Both the position numbers and the translations under genes were made by a program. 11,849 nt of DNA. It comes from Candidatus Zixiibacteriota bacterium (GTDB lineage Bacteria > Zixibacteria > MSB-5A5 > WJJR01). The stretch spans positions 1-11,849 of the forward strand of contig JAVHPP010000101.1 of assembly GCA_036170655.1 (NCBI GenBank), in the 5' to 3' direction. The notes beneath the pieces are model-generated. The model did not search any database. It saw only the letters and a list, made by a program, of their open reading frames with translations, and had not been told where the DNA came from. Each line of letters starts with the position of its first letter. Within the stretch, counting starts at the first letter, position 1. Shown here piece by piece: positions 6,016 through 11,849 of this stretch.

Positions 6016-9000
6016 TCACCGTTTTTCCGGCGGACCCACCGGCAGCGGCAATTTCTTGGGTGACTCGGTGATCTTCTTCATCAATTCCGCGACCGCGCGG
6101 TCAATCTGCTGATCGCGTCCCTGGTAGAGGACCTCGGGCAGATTGTCCACTTCAATATCCGGTTCGACACCATGGTTCTCGATCTGCCAGTTTCCGGTCA
6201 TGTCGTACTCGGCAAACTCGGGAGCGGTCACGAATCCGCCATCGACCAGCGGACGGAACCCGCGGATACCGACCACACCGCCCCATGTCCGTTTGCCAAT
6301 CAGCGGGCCGAGACCGTACTTGCGAAAGTAGAACGGGAAGATGTCACCGTCCGACACGGAATGTTCGTTGATCAGGCAGGCCATATATCCATAGAAGACA
6401 GTGCTTGGATATGTTCCCGGATCGGACCAGTTCCGTGAGGAGCCCATCCCGACCAAGACACGACGCAGCCGCTCGAGAATCAGCTGCGAGACAAACCCGC
6501 CGCCGTTGTAGCGCACATCGATGATCAGCCCCTCTTTGCGTATCTGCGCGTAATAGGTGCTGGCGAATTCCGCCAGCCCGTTGCCGCCCATGTCGGGAAT
6601 GTGCACATAGCCGATCCGCCCATTGGACGCCGAGTCAACATAATGCTTCTCGCGCTCCACCCAGTCATGGTAACGCAGCTCCTCCTCGGAGGAAATCGTC
6701 TTCGGCTCGATCGTCCAACTGCTCTTGCCGTCGGGTGTCTTCGCCAAGACGAGTTTAACGGTCTCTCCCGCCGTGTGTTCGAGGAGCCGATACGGGTTGT
6801 CTGAGGATTTCAACTGCACGTCGTTGATTGACAACACGTAGTCGCCGGCGGCGGCCTTGATCCCCGGTTCGGTGAGCGGCGAGCGACGATCCTCACGCCA
6901 GTTCTGTCCCTGCAGGATGCGTCCAATGCGGAACAGGCCGGCCGTCGAGTCAATCGTCCAGTTGACTCCCAGCAGACCAACTTTGTCCGGCGTCGGCCGC
7001 GGCATGTCGCCACCACCAACATAGGTATGAGAGCATGACAGTTCGCTGATCATTTCAGCGAGGACATAGGTCAGATCGTAGCGATGCGCAACATGCCCGA
7101 CCAAAGGCGCGTAACGGTCATGGATCTTCTTCCAGTCAACTCCGTGCATCAAAGAATCGTAGAAGAAATCCCGCTCGATGCGCCATGTCTCCTCGAAGAT
7201 CTGATGCCACTCGGCGCGTTCGTCGACGCGCGTCTCCATGTTGCCAAGATCGAGGACATTGTCGCCGGTCTTGGCCTTCTCGCCGCCCGCATCGATGATC
7301 TCGTAGGTGCTCCCTTTCTTATAGATCATCTTCTTGCCGTCCGACGTCAGTTCGTACCCATCAACTTCGGCGAGAAACTCCTGATCTTCCCGCTTCTCCA
7401 TGTCGAAGACGTGGAGACCTTGCTTGGCTTTCTCCACCGGTCCCTCCAGGCCACCCATGACATTGGACACATAGAAGACACGCCCTTCAACGGCCGACAA
7501 ACCCGAGTAATTGCCCGGCGAGACCGGAAACTTCACCTGACGGTCGAAGATACCGTCAAAATCGATCTTGATCTTGTGCGGTCCGGCGGCGCCCTTCTTC
7601 TCATCTTTCTTATCCGCGTCCTTGCCCTTCTCCTTGCCCTTGTCTGCTTCCTTGCCCTTTTCCTGCGGTTTCACTTCATCGCTCTGGGGCGCAAAGGGAG
7701 AGAGGCTGTCGGCGGACAGGGTCACGGCCACGATCTCGGTCGATTTATTGAGGATGTAATCGAACTCGTAGTTTCCCAGGATCGGGTTGAAGCTGCGATC
7801 GGAAAAGAAGAAGATGTACTTGCCGCCCGGATCGAAAACCGGCTCGTAATCGTTAAAAGCGCCCGATGTGACCGGATGCGCACGGTTCTCCTCCAGCGAG
7901 TACACAAACACCTGCGCGATGGACGCCTTGTTGTTCTTGTTGTAGGCGATCCAGCGCGAGTCGGGCGACCAGGATAGCTGGCGGATGTCCCCCTGCGTGC
8001 TTCTGTCAAATTGCACGTCTTTCTTCGCGTCGATGTCGATGTAGTGCAGGGCAGAGCGTTTGTCTGACCACGCCAGTTTTTTTGAATCCGGCGACCAGCG
8101 GATCTCATACTTGTAGCAGTCACCGTTGGTCGTCAGCCGCACCGGTCGGCCGGAGCCGCTGGAATCGATTAGGTAGATTTCATCTTCACTGGATTCGTCG
8201 GAGACATACGCAATCCAGCGGCCGTCGGGCGAGTACGTGGCGAACTTCTCGTGGGCGCCCGAAGAGTTCGTGAGGTTCCGGGTGTTGCCATGCTTGGCCG
8301 GCACCGTGAAAACCTCCCCGTGCGCGCCAAACACCGCCCGCTTGCCGTCCGGCGAAACACTGAAGTCCTGCACTTTGTCGCTGCAGTTGACAAACTTCGG
8401 ACGCGCCAGGATCCGGTCGGATGCCAGTTCAATGCTGACTTTGCGCGGTGCGCCACCGGCCAGATCGAGGACATAAAGATAACCGCCATTCTCAAAGATG
8501 ATCGCGCCCGGTCCGATCGACGGCCACCGGACATCGTACTCGGTGAAATTGGTCACCGGCGCGGTCTGCTTGGTCTGGGGATCATATGAATAGAGATTGA
8601 GCGTGCCGGTGCGATCCGAATTGAAGTAGATCTTTCCCGAGGCGTGATCCCACATCGGAACATTGTCGGTCCCGACCCAGTCGGTGATCTTCTCCGACAG
8701 ATGCTTCTTCAGATCGAAGATCCAGACGTCCTGCGCCATGCCGCCCTTATAGCGCTTCCATGTGCGGAAGTCACGGTAGATGGGAGAGTAGGCGATCTTC
8801 GATCCGTCCGCGGAAAACGAACTAAATCCCCCGCGCGGCAACGGCAACTCCTGTGGGTAACCGCCGCTGGGACTGACCAAGTACAGCTTGCCATCCCAAA
8901 CGTCGTGTGTCTCTTCACGCGAGCGGTACAGGATTTTCGACCCATCGGGGGTCCAGTCCATGACAACGCTCTCCGGCCCCATGCGCTCGGTGGCCTGGCG

Positions 9001-9327
9001 GATTGCCGGGTGGTAGGTCAGACGCTTCGGCTCACCGCCCTCGGCCGGCATCACATAGACATTCTGGTCGCCGTCGTACTCCCCGGTGAAGGCGATCTGC
9101 TTCCCGTCGGGAGAGAAGCGCGGGAATAACTCCAGCCCGTCGGCATTGGTCAGCTTTCGCGCCTGGCCACCCGTGGTCGGGACAGTCCACAAATCACCCG
9201 CGTAGACAAACACAATCTGGTCCTTGTGGATGTCGGGAAAACGCAGCAGCCGTCCTTCCTCTGCGGAAACACGGCTGGCAAACATCAACGCCAGCACCCC
9301 CACGATCACGTGCAATGCGCCTCGCAT
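6016..9327 (-). CDS. Tricorn protease homolog (peptidase S41; beta-propeller/PD40 repeats, PDZ-like and catalytic domains), exported
   Basis: 1103 aa. N-terminal LLRFPDIHKDQIVFVYAGDLW; repeated FSPDG/WSPDS propeller motifs; WKRYKGG; SHTY (His); DVRYNGGG; NEHSVSDGD (catalytic Ser); GKRTWGGVVGI; IENHGVEPD. Signal peptide ending VSA|E. SD AAAGGAGA at 9333-9340. Confidence 0.95.
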   Translation of the reverse strand: MRGALHVIVGVLALMFASRVSAEEGRLLRFPDIHKDQIVFVYAGDLWTVPTTGGQARKLTNADGLELFPRFSPDGKQIAFTGEYDGDQNVYVMPAEGGEPKRLTYHPAIRQATERMGPESVVMDWTPDGSKILYRSREETHDVWDGKLYLVSPSGGYPQELPLPRGGFSSFSADGSKIAYSPIYRDFRTWKRYKGGMAQDVWIFDLKKHLSEKITDWVGTDNVPMWDHASGKIYFNSDRTGTLNLYSYDPQTKQTAPVTNFTEYDVRWPSIGPGAIIFENGGYLYVLDLAGGAPRKVSIELASDRILARPKFVNCSDKVQDFSVSPDGKRAVFGAHGEVFTVPAKHGNTRNLTNSSGAHEKFATYSPDGRWIAYVSDESSEDEIYLIDSSGSGRPVRLTTNGDCYKYEIRWSPDSKKLAWSDKRSALHYIDIDAKKDVQFDRSTQGDIRQLSWSPDSRWIAYNKNNKASIAQVFVYSLEENRAHPVTSGAFNDYEPVFDPGGKYIFFFSDRSFNPILGNYEFDYILNKSTEIVAVTLSADSLSPFAPQSDEVKPQEKGKEADKGKEKGKDADKKDEKKGAAGPHKIKIDFDGIFDRQVKFPVSPGNYSGLSAVEGRVFYVSNVMGGLEGPVEKAKQGLHVFDMEKREDQEFLAEVDGYELTSDGKKMIYKKGSTYEIIDAGGEKAKTGDNVLDLGNMETRVDERAEWHQIFEETWRIERDFFYDSLMHGVDWKKIHDRYAPLVGHVAHRYDLTYVLAEMISELSCSHTYVGGGDMPRPTPDKVGLLGVNWTIDSTAGLFRIGRILQGQNWREDRRSPLTEPGIKAAAGDYVLSINDVQLKSSDNPYRLLEHTAGETVKLVLAKTPDGKSSWTIEPKTISSEEELRYHDWVEREKHYVDSASNGRIGYVHIPDMGGNGLAEFASTYYAQIRKEGLIIDVRYNGGGFVSQLILERLRRVLVGMGSSRNWSDPGTYPSTVFYGYMACLINEHSVSDGDIFPFYFRKYGLGPLIGKRTWGGVVGIRGFRPLVDGGFVTAPEFAEYDMTGNWQIENHGVEPDIEVDNLPEVLYQGRDQQIDRAVAELMKKITESPKKLPLPVGPPEKR

Positions 9328-9400
9328 GGCAATCTCCTTTGAAGCATCCTAAAAGCAACGCCGGTCCAGTCGCGGGGACACGGCCGATAACGAGAGGTCA

Positions 9401-9430
9401 AGTCTATATGTTTCCCATGGATCAGGTCAA
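9401..9430 (-). promoter_or_regulatory. Putative sigma70-type promoter for the tricorn-M14 unit
   Basis: On the minus strand, TTGACC (9425-9430), an 18-nt spacer and TAGACT (9401-9406), about 75 nt upstream of the tricorn ATG. Confidence 0.5.
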
Positions 9431-9589
9431 TCGATAGCTACATGCGTCTGTCAAATCGTCCTTGTTTCCCGTTTCCCGACTCTGGTATTCTCCACGGGCA
9501 CGCGTCGGCTGTTGCTCTGCCGTCGCCCATAGACCACACCCGCACGCGTTCTCGCGGGTCTGTCGTTGCTATACGGTATTGGGTCCGGC

Positions 9590-10348
9590 ATGTTTCTGAC
9601 TTTCGCCTGCACATTCACCACGGACGGTCTGGAGGCATTCGCCGCCGACCATGGCGCGAATGACGTAGACTTCCTTGTGCTGCCCGAGCTCTTCGATGGC
9701 GGATACGCCCGGCTGCACCGTGATCGGGGACCAGCGCCTACGATCTCCCGTCTGATTGATCGCTTGCGGCAAATTTCCCAAGACCGGGCGCTGCATCTGG
9801 TCAGCGGCACACTCGCGTTGCCCGATGAAAAGGCCGGAGTCCGCAACGCGTCGCTGGTATTCTCGCGTGGGAAACTGGCGGGGCAGTTCGCCAAGACCCA
9901 TCTCTACCGTCCGCTGGGCGACGATCAGTTCTTTGGTTCGTCTCCTCCCGGAGCAACAATCACGCTGCCAGGTCCTGGCTGTGATCTGCGTATTGGCGTG
10001 ATTGTCTGCTACGATCTGCGCTTCCCCGAAACGGTGCGACCGTGGTTCAAGTCGGGCTTGGATATCTTGTTTGTGCCCGCGCGCTGGCCGCGCGAGCGCG
10101 ATGGAGTCTGGCGGGTCCTGTTGCGGGCACGCGCCATTGAGAACCAGTGCTTTGTCGTCGGGATCAACGCCCGTGACAATGAAGGCGGCGGGTCCTATGC
10201 CTATGGCCCGGGCGGCGATGAGATTTTCGCGCTGGGCCCAGATCCGCTACCGGGGGAGCCGCTGTGGCACACCTTCACCGCCGATCTGGAGGACATCGCA
10301 CGAGTCAAGTCGCGTCTGGACACTCGTCCCGATGCGAAGTTGCTATAG
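9590..10348 (+). CDS. Carbon-nitrogen hydrolase (nitrilase superfamily), probably omega-amidase-like
   Basis: Glu-Lys-Cys triad motifs VLPELF, FAKTHLY and VCYDLRFPE; also VPARWP and LLRARAIENQCFVVGIN. The start is uncertain (ATG9590 preferred over TTG9566; no clear SD). Confidence 0.88.
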   Translation: MFLTFACTFTTDGLEAFAADHGANDVDFLVLPELFDGGYARLHRDRGPAPTISRLIDRLRQISQDRALHLVSGTLALPDEKAGVRNASLVFSRGKLAGQFAKTHLYRPLGDDQFFGSSPPGATITLPGPGCDLRIGVIVCYDLRFPETVRPWFKSGLDILFVPARWPRERDGVWRVLLRARAIENQCFVVGINARDNEGGGSYAYGPGGDEIFALGPDPLPGEPLWHTFTADLEDIARVKSRLDTRPDAKLL

Positions 10349-10349
10349 C

Positions 10350-10360
10350 TATAATATAAT
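10350..10360 (+). promoter_or_regulatory. Tandem consensus -10 hexamers (TATAAT x2) upstream of the aminotransferase
   Basis: TATAAT at 10350-10355 and 10355-10360, an AT-only patch in GC-rich DNA. No good -35 was seen. Confidence 0.45.
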
Positions 10361-10432
10361 ATGAACAGACCCGCCAGGTGCGGAACGTCGCAATCCCGCG
10401 GCCCCACAATCAAACCAAAGGACCATTGCGTC

Positions 10433-11734
10433 ATGCCATCATCAGTCACTCCATCAGCAGGCCGCCTCACGCCCGTTGCCGCATCGTCTCTGTCGCCCAA
10501 CATCTACGACACGGTGACGCTTTCGAAGATCGTCGAGATCCGCGATGTATTGATCGAGAAACAGAGTCGCGGCGAGCGGGTTTTCCGTCTGGAATCGGGA
10601 ACGCCCGCCTACAACCTTTTCCCCGAAGTCGCCGAGGCCATCATCCGCGCTGTCCGTGACAATAAGACATTCTACACGGAGGGGACAGGCATCAAGCCGT
10701 TGCGCGCCAGAATCTGCGAGAAGATGGCGCGCAAGAACGGGATCACACACGATCTCAATCCGAACACCGTGTTTGTTGGCCAAGGGGGCATGGGCACATT
10801 GTATTGCGTGATGACGGCCCTCGCCGGAGCGGACGACACGGTCATCTGCCCGACTCCCGTGTGGGAATCCATCTCCAATATCGCCAAACTCTCCGGCGCA
10901 CGGGTAATCGAACTGGAGATCAAAGAGGAATTAGGGTTCAACTGGGACTTCGAGCAGTTCGCGTCAACTGTGGAGAAGACGCGCCCCCGCGCCGTCATCA
11001 TCGTGAATCCCGGCAACCCCACCGGCGGCATCTTTGCAAAGAAGGACATGGAACCGCTGTTTGATCTCGTGCGACGGTACGGTTTCTACGTGCTCGAAGA
11101 TCTGGCCTACGAGGACATCACCTACGATGACCAGTTCGTCAATCTCACCCAGCATGCGCACGCGACCGGCGACGCCGACGTCTACCGCCGTTTCATTCCC
11201 GTGTGCACGCTCAGCAAGTCGCAAAATTTCTCCGGTCTGCGCATCGGCTACACTCATCTGGTGGATTCCAAATTGATCGAGCGATTCAAGAAGGCGCTCC
11301 TCTACACAACCAACGGCGTGAACTCGATCTCGCAGTGGGGCGCAGTGGAGGCACTGGACGCCAAACACGATGACAAAATCCGCGCCATGCGCGATGGCTA
11401 CCGCCAGCGCCGCGACATTCTTTACTCCGGTCTCGAAAACGCAGGCGTCTTCCACCTGACCGACCGCCCCAAGGGAGCGTTCTATCTTTACCCGCGCATC
11501 GACCGCGAACGTCTGCAGAAACGGCTCGGCAATAAGCATCCGTTGCCCCAGCCAAGTGACCCCACGCCCTTGGGTGACTGGATGGCCAAGTTCATCCTCC
11601 AGCACGGAATCGGCAGCATTGCCGGGCATTTCTTCGGCGCCACCGCGCGCGACCACATCCGCTTCGCCTACACCTGTCCTGTCGCAGACTGCCACGAGGT
11701 CGGGGTGAAACTCGCGGAGTTATTCGGCGGATAA
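10433..11734 (+). CDS. PLP-dependent aminotransferase, class I/II (aspartate aminotransferase-like fold)
   Basis: LESGTP, YTEGTGIKPLR, VNPGNPTG, EDLAY, TLSKSQNFSGLRIGY (PLP Lys), PKGAFY, HIRFAY (substrate Arg). The start is ATG10433 (AAAGGA at 10417-10422) or ATG10361. Confidence 0.92.
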   Translation: MPSSVTPSAGRLTPVAASSLSPNIYDTVTLSKIVEIRDVLIEKQSRGERVFRLESGTPAYNLFPEVAEAIIRAVRDNKTFYTEGTGIKPLRARICEKMARKNGITHDLNPNTVFVGQGGMGTLYCVMTALAGADDTVICPTPVWESISNIAKLSGARVIELEIKEELGFNWDFEQFASTVEKTRPRAVIIVNPGNPTGGIFAKKDMEPLFDLVRRYGFYVLEDLAYEDITYDDQFVNLTQHAHATGDADVYRRFIPVCTLSKSQNFSGLRIGYTHLVDSKLIERFKKALLYTTNGVNSISQWGAVEALDAKHDDKIRAMRDGYRQRRDILYSGLENAGVFHLTDRPKGAFYLYPRIDRERLQKRLGNKHPLPQPSDPTPLGDWMAKFILQHGIGSIAGHFFGATARDHIRFAYTCPVADCHEVGVKLAELFGG

Positions 11735-11830
11735 GCGGCCTTCAGACCGTACACGCTGGAAAAGCTCGGCCGGCCGCGCCAGATTCGGCAGCGCCAATTC
11801 GCCAACCGCCGTATTAACAGGGGAGACGGG

Positions 11831-11849
11831 ATGATGACGGGTGATCATT
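11831..11849 (+). CDS. Possible 5' end of the next gene (MMTGDH...), truncated by the window edge
   Basis: AGGGGAG at 11819-11825 followed by ATGATG at 11831. Only six codons are visible. Confidence 0.4.

Noticed and set aside
7619..7659. Three copies of TCCTTGCCCTT
   Set aside because: They encode KGK(E/D) repeats in the charged linker commonly seen in tricorn homologs; not a CRISPR array or mobile repeat.
7084..7977. 297-aa plus-strand ORF with an apparent transmembrane stretch
   Set aside because: The hydrophobic run is just the antisense reading of the Lys/Glu-rich tricorn linker.
9442..9663. 73-aa ORF in the divergent intergenic region
   Set aside because: No SD and no motifs; overlaps the CN-hydrolase out of frame.
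10964..11695. 243-aa antisense ORF
   Set aside because: Shadow of the aminotransferase.

Overview
GC-rich (roughly 60% by eye) bacterial window, probably from a diderm organism given its exported proteins and a beta-barrel candidate. It is dominated by peptide and amino-acid catabolism genes. In order: a predicted 8-stranded outer-membrane beta-barrel (+), a signal-peptide-bearing Xaa-Pro aminopeptidase (M24B, -) and a soluble pyridine nucleotide transhydrogenase (sthA, +) whose stop codon lies inside a GTAG-type REP-like palindrome. Next come a 55-aa CxxC...CPxCG rubredoxin/zinc-ribbon microprotein missed by the ORF track (-), an exported M14 zinc carboxypeptidase (-) and an exported tricorn-like S41 protease (-). 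Divergent from these are a carbon-nitrogen hydrolase and a class I/II PLP aminotransferase (+), and possibly the start of another gene at the right edge. I see no CRISPR array, tRNA/rRNA or transposase. No wholly new system can be demonstrated from the sequence alone. The best leads are the hidden metal-binding microprotein at the end of the tricorn-M14 unit, an apparently exported tricorn/M14/aminopeptidase-P proteolytic cascade, a cysteine-less SthA motif and a structured region upstream of sthA. All family calls come from motif recognition, not database searches.
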